Shown: positions 14,101 through 26,606 of the stretch, one piece after another
How the letters are laid out: the number at the start of each line of letters is the position of its first letter
Numbering within the stretch: position 1 is the stretch's first letter
From: Paraspadella gotoi
Lineage: Eukaryota > Animalia > Chaetognatha
Length of the DNA stretch: 64,000 nt
Direction of reading: 5' to 3'
Assembly (NCBI GenBank): GCA_051294375.1
Contig: JBJCIZ010000744.1
Coordinates: forward strand, 438,264 to 502,263
The notes under the pieces: generated by a model
What the model was told of the DNA's origin: nothing
The model's input: only the letters and a program-made list of their open reading frames with translations
Databases searched by the model: none
Translations under genes and position numbers: made by a program

Positions 14101-15155
14101 TCTTGTTGTTTTTCGGCTCTCACTACGTGACGTCATCCCGCGGTTTCGACCGTTCTTTTTGTTTTCAGCCAATGAGAGGTCGCCGCGCGACGCCCGAAAA
14201 AAAAACAAAAATCCAACGCCCGAAATGTTTTTCGGCGTCTTGACGCGGGAAAGGAAAGACTTAGATCGGGAAATCCCAAATTTTTTACCAAAATTTTCGG
14301 GCGGGGGAAGGTTTATATATGAGTATAAATGATGTTATATTGTTTTAAAATGTGATGAATGTCAAACTGATCCCTATCGGCTTCTCGGCTTTCTGATCAC
14401 GTATTTGTCGGTTTGTGATTTCCGCCTGTTTTAGTTTTTTCAGTTTGCTGATTTAACTTAAAAAAAAAATAAAGATGATTGCTGCTACAGCAATTGTAAA
14501 AAAAACAAACTTGAAACTTGAAAACTGATGAAACAAAAATGAAATTACAAAGTAAAAGTACAATGCTTGAAAACTACATACAATTTTACAATGGGAATTA
14601 CAATGCTTGAAAACTACAACATTTTACCAAATGTTAAACTCTAAATTGAGTTTCGAAAAAAATGAAAGAAAAAAGACATTTGATTTTGAATTCTGTGAGC
14701 GCACGATTTCTCCTTCGGGATCACGCGGAAGAGCAAAGAGAGAGAGAGGAGAGCGAGAAGAGCGGGCGCGCGCTCGAACGAAATGTCCTAGACCAAATTA
14801 CTAATGCCTTTGCTACTTGCCTCTTTGGCGCAAAGGCTGGGCGCTAAGGAGTTTTGAGGAAATTTCTCTTATGGGGGTGGATCTGAAAAAGGAGAATGGG
14901 GTAAGAGGGAGGGCGAGGGGGCCAATGGTGGGTATTGGGGAGGGGGTGTAAGGCTGGGGGAGAGGCGCAACGCGCGAGAGGCGAAAGAAAGATAGATTTC
15001 GCCCGGCGGTCGGCTGGAAACTGCTTCTTTTCTGTCAGCCTGCGAATGAAAAATGACGACCTCTGACGTTTACAACAAAGATAAATAATTGGTTGAAGAG
15101 AGCCAAACAAACGGGGAGAAGGGAGAAGGGAGGGAGAGAGAGAGAGGGAGAGGGA

Positions 15156-15212
<57 letters not shown>

Positions 15213-15779
15213 AGAGAGGAAAGAAAGGGAAAGACTGGGTTGAAGTTGAGGATAAAGAATTCCAGAAGACGAGAAGGTTTTCGAGAAAGAAAAAAAGAAG
15301 AGAAAGCAAAGAAAAAGAAAGAAAAAAGAAGAAGAGAAACCGGATAGTGAATTACGCGGGGAAAAGGAAAAAGGAAAAGGAAAAGGAAAAAGGAAAAGGA
15401 AAAAAGAAAGAGAGCGAACCGGAGGAAAACGATGTCGAGTGCGTTTGATTTTTTTTTTCAAAATGCATCTGGAAAAGATAATATTGCGATATAATTGTTA
15501 TCAATTAGTTCCGGGTCACAAAAAAAGGCCGAAAAATTGTTTTTTGGGGTTAAAATTTAACAGAAAAATTGTTCAGAAAAATTATTACTACTGTTCCTAT
15601 ATTCTCTATTGAAAAGAAAAATTATATTGTTCTCCGTTAGTATCACGAGTGACGACGGGATAAATATCGCCCTCGACACTGAATTAATTTTTCACAGGAA
15701 AATTTAAGTCGCGGTGATGGATGATTGTTTAATGTTTTTATTATTGATGTCTGGATTTAAAATCATCGTCGAGTATTAC

Positions 15780-16440
15780 ACATTCCTCTCCTTTCCTCTT
15801 ATTCCTCCCCTACCTCTCTTACGTCCTCTCTTTCGTTGTCCTTATCCCTCTCTTTTCCTCCACCTCTTCTCTCTAATTCCTGCCGTGTTTCTCTCCTTTC
15901 CTATCCTCCTCTCTTCCTCCAATCTCTTCACAGGAAGGGGAGAAAAATCTTTCCTCTTCCCCCTTCTCTCCCTCCCCCTCTCTTTACCGCTCTGGTCCCT
16001 TTCCTCGCCTCCTTCCCTCCTCTCTTTCCCCTTCTCTTCCTCCCGTCCCTCCCTATAATTTCTTATCCCCAATCCTCTTCCTCCCTCTCCTCCTCCTTTT
16101 CTTCCCCCTCCTCTTCTCCTCCCTCCCTCATCTTTCCCCGTCCTCTTCCTCCCGTCCCTCTCTTCCTCCCTCCTCCTCTTCCCCCCCCTCCTCTTCTCCC
16201 TACCTCTCTCTCCTCCCTCCTGCTTCCCCTTCCCTCTTCCCCTCCTCTTCCTCACTCCCTCCCTCTCTTCCCCTCCTCTTCCTGCCTCCCTCCTCTCTTC
16301 ACCCTCCTCTTCCTCCCTCCCTTCCCTCTTTCACCCTCCTCTCCTCCTTCCTCCCTCTCTCCCCCTCCTCTTCCGCCCCTCCTCTCTCCCTCCCTCCCTC
16401 TCTTACCCCACTCCTCTTCGCCTCCTCCCTCCCTCCCCCC
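15780..16440. repeat. About 660-bp polypyrimidine/polypurine tract
   Basis: Almost only C/T on the + strand. The mirrored interval in the right arm is largely the N gap 18435-19069. Confidence 0.9.
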
Positions 16441-17448
16441 AATCCGACTTTCGGCGCAAAAGATAAATGACGTCGCCTCCGTGATAAATCAATACCCTAA
16501 AATATTTTCCTCTCCATTTTCCATTTTGATCAAGGTGGTGGTGAATAATTCATTTTTCGCGCCTTCTTTCGCACCGGCCTCCCCGTTGCTGCCCGGACGC
16601 CGGGGACGACGCGGAGACCGACGCCGGTTTTTTCTTATCTTCCTTTCTCGGATCGGGGGTTGGCGGCTCTTTGGTCGCCTTTTGTCGGCTTTGTCGCGGT
16701 TCGATACGCCTGTCGCCATCTGGGACGAACTGGTTGGTTGGAAATATCTCATCTCTCTCTGTCTACTCTCTCTCTTCTCTCTCTCTCATCTCTCTCCTCT
16801 CTCTTGGGGTTAGTAGCCATCCCTTGTCTTCGAGGGAATTATATGACCTCTCTCTCCCTCTCTCTCCTCTCTCTCTCTCTCTCTCCTCGTCTGCGATCCC
16901 GTTATCGACGGGGGTGTCCCAAGATCGGCGCCTTAAGGCCGATATTGATAGAAGACCCAAGAGATGCGGTCGTTTCGTCGTCGTCGTTTTGTTTTTTTTA
17001 TTGTTTCCTTTTTGTTTTGTATGTTTTTTGAATGTATAATATTATACATTTATTGTACTTATACTGTAATATAAATTTTTTGGCTTTACTTTCTTATTTA
17101 GATTTTTTTTTGGAATTAGAGCTTAAGATTTTATTTTAGATTTGTTTTAGAATTTAAATTTTGTTTTAGAATTTAGTTTTTAGATTTAGTTTTAGATTTA
17201 GAATGTGACCGTTTGCTTGGGCAGAGCGGCATCACTGGTCCGCTTATTCGAGATGGACAGGAAAGGAAGACAAGAAAGAAGAGCAAAACATGAAGATAGG
17301 AAAGAAAGTAGAAGGAAAGAAAGAAGAAAGAAAAAGGAAAGAAAAGAAAGTTTTCTTTCCAAAGTCGAGGCGTCTCATCGATGCAACAAATTCGACGGGA
17401 GGCAGATGAAGCGCGCGAGCCTGCGCGGGGGAAGCTCGAAACGGGAAA

Positions 17449-17605
17449 GGGGTAGGGGTAAGGGGGGTAAGGGAGCAGGGGAAAGAGAAGGGGTGAGAGG
17501 TGAAGGATAAAGGGGTAAAGGGAGAATTAGGAACGAAGGTTTTTAGGGGTATGAGAGAAGATAAGTTTTGGGTAAGATAGATAAGAAAAGGAAAACGGGA
17601 TGGTT
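17449..17605. other. 157-bp purine-rich spacer at the apex of the large palindrome, starting with a G-quadruplex motif
   Basis: The arms end CTCGAAACGGGAAA (17435-17448) and restart TTTTCCGTTTCGAG (17606-17619). GGGGTAGGGGTAAGGGGGGTAAGGGAGCAGGGG lies at 17449-17481. Confidence 0.85.
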
Positions 17606-19739
17606 TTTTCCGTTTCGAGTCCCCCGGGGCTCGCGCTTCATCTGCCTCCCGTCGAATTTGTTTGCATCGATGAGACGCCTCGACTTTGGAAAGAAACTTT
17701 CTTTCTTTCCTTTTTCTTTCTTTCTTTCTTTCCTTCTATCTTTCTTTCTATCTTCATTTTTTGTCTTTCTTTCTGTCTTCCTTTCCTTCCATCTTCGAAT
17801 AAGCGACCAGTGATGCGCTCTGCCCAAGCAAACGGTCACATTCTAAATCTAAAACTAAATCTAAAACTAAATCTAAAACAAAATTTAAATTCTAAACTAA
17901 ATCTAAAATAAAATCTTAAGCTCTAATTCCAAAAAAAAATCTAAATAAGAAAGTAAGCCAAAATTTTATATACAGTATAAGTACAATATAATGTATAATA
18001 TTATACATTCAAAAAACATACAAAACAAAAAAGAAACAATAANNNNNNNNNNNNNNNNNNNNNNNNNNNNNNNNNNNNNNNNNNNNNNNNNNNNNNNNNN
18101 NNNNNNNNNNNNNNNNNNNNNNNNNNNNNNNNNNNNNNNNNNNNNNNNNNNNNNNNNNNNNNNNNNNNNNNNNNNNNNNNNNNNNNNNNNNNNNNNNNNN
18201 NNNNNNNNNNNNNNNNNNNNNNNNNNNNNNNNNNNNNNNNNNNNNNNNNNNNNNNNNNNNNNNNNNNNNNNNNNNNNNNNNNNNNNNNNNNNNNNNNNNN
18301 NNNNNNNNNNNNNNNNNNNNNNNNNNNNNNNNNNNNNNNNNNNNNNNAGCCGACAAAGCCGCCAACCCCCGATCCGAGAAAGGGAAGATAAAGAAAAAAC
18401 CGGCGTCGGTCTCCGGCGTCGGTCTCCGGCGTCGNNNNNNNNNNNNNNNNNNNNNNNNNNNNNNNNNNNNNNNNNNNNNNNNNNNNNNNNNNNNNNNNNN
18501 NNNNNNNNNNNNNNNNNNNNNNNNNNNNNNNNNNNNNNNNNNNNNNNNNNNNNNNNNNNNNNNNNNNNNNNNNNNNNNNNNNNNNNNNNNNNNNNNNNNN
18601 NNNNNNNNNNNNNNNNNNNNNNNNNNNNNNNNNNNNNNNNNNNNNNNNNNNNNNNNNNNNNNNNNNNNNNNNNNNNNNNNNNNNNNNNNNNNNNNNNNNN
18701 NNNNNNNNNNNNNNNNNNNNNNNNNNNNNNNNNNNNNNNNNNNNNNNNNNNNNNNNNNNNNNNNNNNNNNNNNNNNNNNNNNNNNNNNNNNNNNNNNNNN
18801 NNNNNNNNNNNNNNNNNNNNNNNNNNNNNNNNNNNNNNNNNNNNNNNNNNNNNNNNNNNNNNNNNNNNNNNNNNNNNNNNNNNNNNNNNNNNNNNNNNNN
18901 NNNNNNNNNNNNNNNNNNNNNNNNNNNNNNNNNNNNNNNNNNNNNNNNNNNNNNNNNNNNNNNNNNNNNNNNNNNNNNNNNNNNNNNNNNNNNNNNNNNN
19001 NNNNNNNNNNNNNNNNNNNNNNNNNNNNNNNNNNNNNNNNNNNNNNNNNNNNNNNNNNNNNNNNNNNNNTTCCTGTGAAGAGATGGAGGAAGAGAGGAGA
19101 TAGGAAGAGGAGAGAAACAGGGAGGAATAGAGAGGAAGAGGTGGAGGAAAGAGAGGGATAAGGGACAACGAGAGAGGAGTGAAGAGAGGTAGGGGAGGAA
19201 TAGAGAGGAAAGGGAGAGGAATGTGTAATACTCGACGATGATTTTAAATCAGACATCAATAATAAACATTAAACAATGCTCCATCACCGCGACTTAATTT
19301 TCGTGAAAATTAATTCAGTGTGAGGGCGATATTTATCCCGTCGCTCACTCGTGACTAACGAGAACATATAATTTTTCTTTCAATAGAGAATTTAGAACAG
19401 TAGTATAATTCTGAAAATCTTTTATACACATCGCTTGTGACCGGAAACTAATGATAACAATTAATATCGCAATTTATCTTTTCCAGATGATTTGAAAAAA
19501 AAAAATCAAACGCACTCGACATCGTTTTCCTCCGTCGCTCTCTTTCTTTTTTCCTTTTCCTTTTTCCTTTTTTCCTTTTTCCTTTTTCCTTTTCCTCCCG
19601 CGTAATCACTTCCGGTTTCTCTTCTTCTTTTTTCTTTTTTTTCTTTCTTTCTTTCTTTTTTTCTTTCTCGAAAACCTTCTCGTCTTCTGGAATTCTTTAT
19701 CCTCAACTTCACCCAGTTCTTTTTTTCTTCTCTCTTCTC

Positions 19740-19778
<39 letters not shown>

Positions 19779-20099
19779 TCTCCTCTCTCTCTCTCCCTCT
19801 CTCTCTCTCCCTCCCTTCTCCCTTCTCCCCGTTTGTTGCTCTCTTCAACAATTATTTATCTTTGTTGTAAAACGTCAGGAAGGTCGTCATTTTTCATCGC
19901 AGGCTGACAGAAAAGAAGCAGTTCCACCGACGCCGGGGCGAATCTAATCTTTCTTTCTGCCTCTCGCGCGTTGCGCCTCTCCCCCAGCCTTCACACCCCC
20001 TCCCCCAGACCCACCATTGCCCCCTCGCCCTCCCTCTTACCCCCCATCTCCCTTTTTCAGATCCACCATCTAAGAAATTTCCTCAAACTCCCTCAGCGC

Positions 20100-20900
20100 C
20101 CAGCCTTTGCGCCAAAGAGGCAAGTAGCAAAGGCATTAGTAATTTGGGTCTAGGACATTTCGTTCGAGCGCGCGCCCCGCTCTCTCGCTCTCTCTCTCTC
20201 TCTTGCTCTCGCGCGTGATCCCGAAAGGAGAAATCGTGCGCTCACAGAATTCAAAATCAAATGTCTTTTTTTCTTTTCATTTTTTTCGAACAATTTGTAA
20301 CTTAAAGTTTAGTTTTAGCCATTTAACCATTTGGTAAAATGTTGTAGTTTTCAAGCATTGTAATTCCATTTGTAAAATGTTGTAGTTTTCAAGCATTGTA
20401 CTTTTATTTGTAATTTCATTTTTGTTTCATAGTTTCAAGTTTCAAGTTTGTTTTTTTTTACAATTGCTGAGCAGCAATCATCTTTATTTTTTTTTTAAGT
20501 TAAATCCAGCAAACTGAAAAACTAAAACAGGCGGAAATCACAAACCGACAAATACGTGATCAGAAAGCGAGAGCGATAGGGATCAGTGACATCATCACAT
20601 TTTAAAACAATATTAACATCATTTAAACTTTATATAAACCTTCCCCCCCCGAAAATTGGTAAAAAATTGGGATTTCCCGATCTAGTCTTTCCTTTCCCGC
20701 GTCAAGACGCCGAAAAACATTTCGGGCGTTGGATTTTTTTTTTTCGGGCGTCGGCGCGGCGACCTCTCATTGGCTGAAACAAAAGAACGGTCGAAACCGC
20801 GGGGATGACGTCACGTAGTGAGAAGCCGAAAAACAAAAGAGGAGGAGGAGGAAGAGAAGGAGGAAGCGGAGGAGGAAGAGGATGAAGCGCGGTCAAAATG
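20100..20900 (+). promoter_or_regulatory. CpG-rich candidate promoter with E2F, CCAAT and CRE/ATF motifs (candidate DNMT1 promoter; mirror at ~14040-14840)
   Basis: GCGCCAAA 20109-20116 and TTTCCCGC 20693-20700 match the E2F consensus TTTSSCGC; two TTTCGGGCG; ATTGG 20769-20773; TGACGTCA 20806-20813. Function is inferred from motif clustering only. Confidence 0.5.
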
Positions 20901-23711
20901 AAAAGTGAGAAGTTTTGGGAGAGAGATTTCGATTGGGCCGAGAGTCAAAACTTGGGATTCGGGAAATCGATAAGTAAGGAACTGATTAGATTGTCGGATT
21001 GATTGTCAGAATTATAAGGCTCGAAGCGACCTTCGTGATAATACAGGGTCAATCAATAAAAAAGCATGCAAAATAAAAAAAAGCAGAGTTAAAAGAAGAC
21101 AAAAAAAAAATCCTCCATTACTTAAAGTAGCTGACATCAAGAGGGAGAATGAAATCCATTCTCCGTCGCCAGCCTCGTTCTCGATCACCGTTTCGAGTCT
21201 GACGCCTCGTTTGCCACGCCCCCTTAGCCGCCGCCAACGTCACCGCCAACGCCGCCTCGTTCTCACAGCGATACTACTAACCTGACATATGTTAGATAAA
21301 TGGCTCACAACAATGCCATACCACTTTATTCATTGATAGGAAAGCGAGGTTCTCAGTCTTGATTGAAAGCTTGCAGGGTCCTGCTTTATTATTAATTTGT
21401 AAGAGGGACCGAGGTCTTATTCCACCTGAGCATTTCCAAATGAATGGATAATTATTTTGCTGGTTGTAACAATTTCATATAAAAGCTGAAGGAAACGATA
21501 AAGCTGACTATTAGCAATATAATCCGTTTTTTTTTTTTTTTTTAATTAAAAGCCCGGCTTATTTTAAATCGGTCGTTCTTCGCTAAATTTAGATCGAAAG
21601 CAAGCATGACTTGCAAAAAATTTTCGAAAACAAAGAATAAATTTTATTTCCTGCACTTGTGCGGTCGGAAAAATGCGTGACTCATTTGACAACACGGAAA
21701 TGTTTTTATTTATTTAAATCTAATCTTCAGACTAAAGTTTAGTCTAGGAAAAAAATTTTGTGTTTAGTTTCTAGTGTATTAATCCTTTCTTTTCGTTGTG
21801 TAGGGTGATTAGTAAAACAGATTTGAAATTCAACATCGATTTATTTGAGTAACCGACATGTTTCGACTTTGTTTTCAAGTTTCTACATTCAAATTTTGTG
21901 TGTGTGTGTGTGTGGGCGATTTAAAAATTAGATTTTTGCATTTCCTGTAAGTTACAAGGATAATTGATCAAGGAAAAAAAATATGAGAGAATATGCATTT
22001 TCTCTGGGCGAAATTACAAGTTAATATTATAATTATTACAACGTATTTAACTTTGCAATTATTAAAACATTTTCCAACTAATTCTAAGCAACGGTTTTTT
22101 TGAAATCTCTAGTAGACGAATGTAAGATAACATCGTCATGATAAGTTTCGATCATTATTAATTAAACAACCAGTTGTAACCGGCAAAGAAAACCGGACAA
22201 AACCGGATACCGCCTCCCATCATGGATATTGATATTTTCCGGGAAGACCCGTTCGCTGTCTCGCACCTAAAACCAGTTTTAAACCAAATTCATTTTGTCT
22301 TCCCCCCCCTAAAAAACCGGCTAAATATTCCTTTACCGAGTTCCTTCAACGATATTGTTAAGCCGTTAAAAAAAGTAAAGAAGGTAAATATAATATTTAA
22401 TGTCATCGAACAAACAAAGTAGACTCGACTGAAAAAAAAAAAACATGAAATAAAATTTTGGGAAGTGACGAGAGAAAATTGAGCGGATATAGTTTCTAAA
22501 AGTGCCACATTTCAGCTTAAATTCAGAATTAAATACGTTATTAAGTTTAAAGATTAAAATAGAGGTTAAAAATAAGGGTAAGGTTAGGGTTAATCATTAA
22601 ATTTAGGATTTGGTTAAACATTTTGTTTTAGGGTTTAAGGTTAGAGGATAAGATTTTGGTTTTGAATTAATAGTTAAATTAAATATTTAATAAATTTTAA
22701 TATTTGATTCAAAATTTAATTTAAAGAAATGGGCCACTCTCGGAAAATGGTGCCAATTGAGTCGAGAGAGAGAGAGGAAAAAGAAAATTTTCGCTGAGAA
22801 TTATATTTCGAGCCTCGATTCGGAGGCAGTCGTCTTTGGGTTCCGCCGCCATTTCCATCTTTTATGGGAGGGAGGAAAGAAGAAGGAGAGGAAAGGGAGG
22901 GAGGAAAGGAAAGGAGGAAAGAAAGAAAGATAGATCGAGGAAATAAGGAGAGAAAATAGGGAGAATAGAGAGAAGAAAAGTGGGTTAAGTATTTTCAGAA
23001 GAACACACTACATAACATCCCTTTACAAATATTAGTCATATTAAAATAATTTGAAAAGAAATTTAAAAAAAAACTAACAATAAAAAATATATACATAATT
23101 GTATAATTAATAAAATAATATATGCTAAATAAAATTAAATATTTCAAAAGCTAAAACTTAAAATAGTGAAACAAGTAACTTTGCAATTTTCATGGAAACC
23201 ATCGAGAGAGAATAGAAGAGCAAAGAGAGGAAGAAAAGAGAGGGAGGAAAAGAGAGAAGGAAAGAGAGGGAGGAAAGGAGGGGGCGGGGGGGGAGATTTG
23301 AAACGACGGCGAAGACGACGAATGATATTTGCTCGAGGATGGATGTGGAGGCCATTTGTTCCTGCAATTGCCGCGATTATGATTATTGCGATTCTGGTGA
23401 CGGGCGAACGAAATCGGCGGAGGAGGGTCGATGGAGGATAGGGGGGGGGATTGGGGGGGAAATGGTTGAGGAAGGTTAAGGGTTGAAAGGCGGGAGTGAA
23501 AATTGCGGGAGCAGAAAGTTCGAGGTTGGAAAGACTGAGCGAGGGATCGAAATGAAACTCTCAGTCCGATGAGGAATAGAGAATGGAGAATGTATTTTAG
23601 ATATATGTAAAATCTGTGAAAAATGAGGTCTACGATGGCAGAAGTTTTATAATAATAGCTTTAGAACAAAGTTTGAAGAGAGATTTAACAACGATTTTAA
23701 TTTCATAGTGA

Positions 23712-23754
23712 AACGGACATGTTTCGACTCACATACGAGTCTTCTTCAGCGCTG
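23712..23754 (-). ncRNA. Minimal type I hammerhead ribozyme motif on the opposite strand (identical core)
   Basis: GACATGTTTCGACTCACATACGAGTCTTCTTCAG (23716-23749) is the exact reverse complement of 23752-23785. Confidence 0.72.
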
Positions 23755-23789
23755 AAGAAGACTCGTATGTGAGTCGAAACATGTCCGTT
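23747..23789 (+). ncRNA. Minimal type I hammerhead ribozyme motif (Penelope-like element type)
   Basis: CUGAAGA (23752-23758), extra A, stem II GACUC/GAGUC with 6-nt loop, GAAA (23776-23779), palindromic helix III ACAUGU, cleavage triplet GUC (23783-23785). Short stem I AGCG/CGUU. Confidence 0.75.
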
Positions 23790-25825
23790 TCACTATAAAA
23801 TAAAAATCGTTGTTAAATCTCTCTTCAAACTTTGTTCTAAACCAAATCACAACGAAACAGAAAGGAAAAAAAATACAATAATAATAGCTGAAATCGTCAG
23901 TTTTAAGTTAGGAACAGCTTACGTCCCTAAAAATGTTTTATAAACAAAAAGAACAAATATACAGGGACTTCAAGCATGACCGATACGAAAACTTGATTAA
24001 ACTCGTAATTCTTTCGCTGTATATTATTTTTATAACATTTATTAGTTAGAAAACTACTTGACGTTTAAGTTAACCTAAAAAAAATTCTTAAAAGTATATT
24101 CACAGTAGCTCTCAAGCGCGGAGTCACTTTTCTTCATTTTTTTCGTCCAAATTTTGACAGTTTTTTAGCAATTTTACAATTTTTAATGCTGATTGTGAAG
24201 TTTTCTGTTATAAAAATAAAAAATTTTGGTGATAAAAAATCAGTTTTGCGATTTGTTATTATAAAAAAAATTTTAATGTAAAACCTAATTTATTTACTAT
24301 GGTAACTATTATTTATCAACAAAGTCGTCTTTTGTAATTTTTTTTTCCCAAACTGAAATTTTTATTTTTAATAGATTTTAAAAGGAAAACGTAATGATTA
24401 TTATTAAGTATTATTCATATTATAAAAAAAAATTAATTCTGGTTCGTGATACATTTACTAGAGTATCTTATTAATTATAAAAATGAAGCATGAAAAAAAT
24501 TCAATTGTTTTAATGGGAACTGAAGGATTGAAAATAAGATCCACTTTCAAAGTAAAAAAATTCTTCTTCAGAAATTTACCCTCTGAGGAAAAAGTTCATA
24601 ATACAGCAACTATCCTCGCTAGAATGTCACGAATTGGGGGGAAAGTATTTTTCTATTAGTATGAAAAAATTTTATAAACTGATTTCTCTTTGTTTCGATT
24701 ATATTACAAGTCCAGATTGAAGTCCCTGTATTTCGTTAATAATTTTATAAACTAAGAAATTTTGTATGTTTTATCTTTCCATTTCATTTTATGATAAAAT
24801 TTAATGAAAAACCTGGGGTTTTCCACCATCTTTTAAATCGGCTGACCTTTTGTTTTCCGTTCAGGCTTTGACTCAAGATGCCACAATCGCTTTGCTCAAT
24901 TCTTCCTTCAAACAAATTTACTTATCTTACTCATCTTAAAACAAATTACGTATTATTATTAATAATAATTTTCATGTCTTATCAGGAAGGCGTGAGTTTA
25001 AACAGGCGGGAGGCCAGGTGATAAAACAAATATTTATTGAAAAAGTAAACGGGTTTTGCAAGGAATTAACAAGTAAGACAGAGTAAGCATGACGCAGCAA
25101 AAAAAAACCTGTACTTTGTGCTCACGCATATCTCTTAGATTAAACGGAGCAGAATAACACTTGAAAGACTTAGAAGGGTCATTAATGTCCAAATATAGAT
25201 TAACCATTTCATTATGATTATTTTTTTTTTCTATTTAATTTTAAATCTCATTAATCAATTAATCATACAGTTTTTAAGAAAAAGGTTGAGATCAGCTGAG
25301 CGATGATCTTTTGTTGATCGAGAGGAGATTTTTGGCGGGACGGAAAGAACAGACGGACGAAACACCTTAATCTTCTATTCAGTTTTAACGAAAACAGAAA
25401 AAAAAAAACAGAAAAAAACAGAGAAATTTAAGTTAAATGTTATTCATAAATATTTTATTTAATTAACAATCTCGTTAGCCTTCGTCTCATGATTTCCGCA
25501 GTTTGGCCTCATTTTTCCGGCTTTTCTGTTTGATTTCGCAATTCGTGTCATAAATGCCTTTATAATTTATTTCTTTTTTTCATTGAAAATGAAAATGTAG
25601 TTCGATGATTTGTATTTTCCGGCTTCCTATCCAATTTATTCGATTTATGAGTAGATATTTTGCGCCGTATTTCTCATTTGAATTGCTCGTGCTACATATG
25701 AAAATTTGGAAAATTACTTGTTTCACGATTTTCTATTTTTCTATTTTATGTATTTCCGGAACCCGCTTCATCAATGATTCTAATCATAATTATCATCATG
25801 ATTTGCTTCTAATTTTAACTCCAGC

Positions 25826-26320
25826 ATGGAGGACGTGTTCGATGCCGAACTCGACGGAGCAAAGGTCAAGACTGACCCGGAAGCGAACCCGGAAGCGAAC
25901 CCGGAACCGCGGTCGACGTCGAATAGAAAAACGAAGACGACTCCCAAACGGTCGCAGCCTTCGATCAAGGACATGTTCTCCACCGTCTCTTCAGCTAAAA
26001 TAGAAAAGCGCAAGAACTCGAACGAAAAGGACTCTCCTTCGGAATCCCGACCTGACAAGCGGCTCAAGACGGAGGCGGCGGACGACTCGGAACACGCCAA
26101 GCCGGCCGTCAAGGCTCCCGACGTCTCCGCCAACGCTGCAACGGCTCGGACAGCCGCGGAGCCGCAGCCGCGCGCGAAGAAGATCGACAAGGTTCCCCCG
26201 AAAAGATGCACCGAGTGTCGACAAATCGTCGACGGGGAAAACCCGCAGCTGAGGATGATGGAGAACGAACCCGCGGAAGGAGTGGATGAGGTCGTCGCTT
26301 TGACCGACGAGCGATTGGAG
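25826..26320 (+). CDS. DNMT1: DNA (cytosine-5)-methyltransferase 1, coding exon 1 (PCNA-binding PIP box, start of RFTS domain)
   Basis: MEDVFDAE...; QPSIKDMF fits a PIP box; RCTECRQ is the RFTS zinc ligand pair; donor GAG|GTTCGA, phase 0. Preceded by acceptor-like TTTTAACTCCAG|C-ATG. Confidence 0.88.
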
Positions 26321-26606
26321 GTTCGAGGGGGGGATTGGAAGAGAATGGGTTTATGGGTGCGTTTAGAGTTGTTAATATAATGATGATGTTTTTTAATAAA
26401 ACTATTTTGACTTTTTTTTTCGATTTTGAACTTTGCAAGCGAGATAAGGTTAAAACTTGAATGTTACAAGCTTTTGAAAATGAATAATTTATTATTCTGT
26501 TATTAAAGTGCAATTAAGCATCATTTTAAACATATTCAAAGGGACTTTTACAGATCTGAACCAAATCTTCCCAATCAACCAAATCTTTCCCCATCTCCTT
26601 TTACAG

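Larger units (their letters stand above)
6471..17448 (-). repeat. Left arm of an ~11 kb inverted duplication (reverse complement of 17606-~28215)
   Basis: Colinear reverse-complement matches throughout, e.g. 6560-6960 vs 27785-28150, 10990-11172 vs 23660-23841, 14100-14300 vs 20640-20840, 17200-17448 vs 17606-17840. Confidence 0.95.
23660..23841. repeat. 182-bp near-perfect palindrome without a loop; Penelope-like element terminal-repeat remnant pair
   Basis: 91-bp arms centred on CAGC|GCTG (23750/23751); mismatches confined to a short AT patch. Confidence 0.9.

Noticed and set aside
14844-17039. Long Pro/Ser/Leu- or Arg/Glu/Gly-rich ORFs (e.g. 325 aa at 15836-16813)
   Set aside because: Stop-free by composition of CT/GA tracts; no domain or splice support.
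17966-19259. 370-416 aa ORFs (and those at 29-1178)
   Set aside because: Mostly translations through N gaps.
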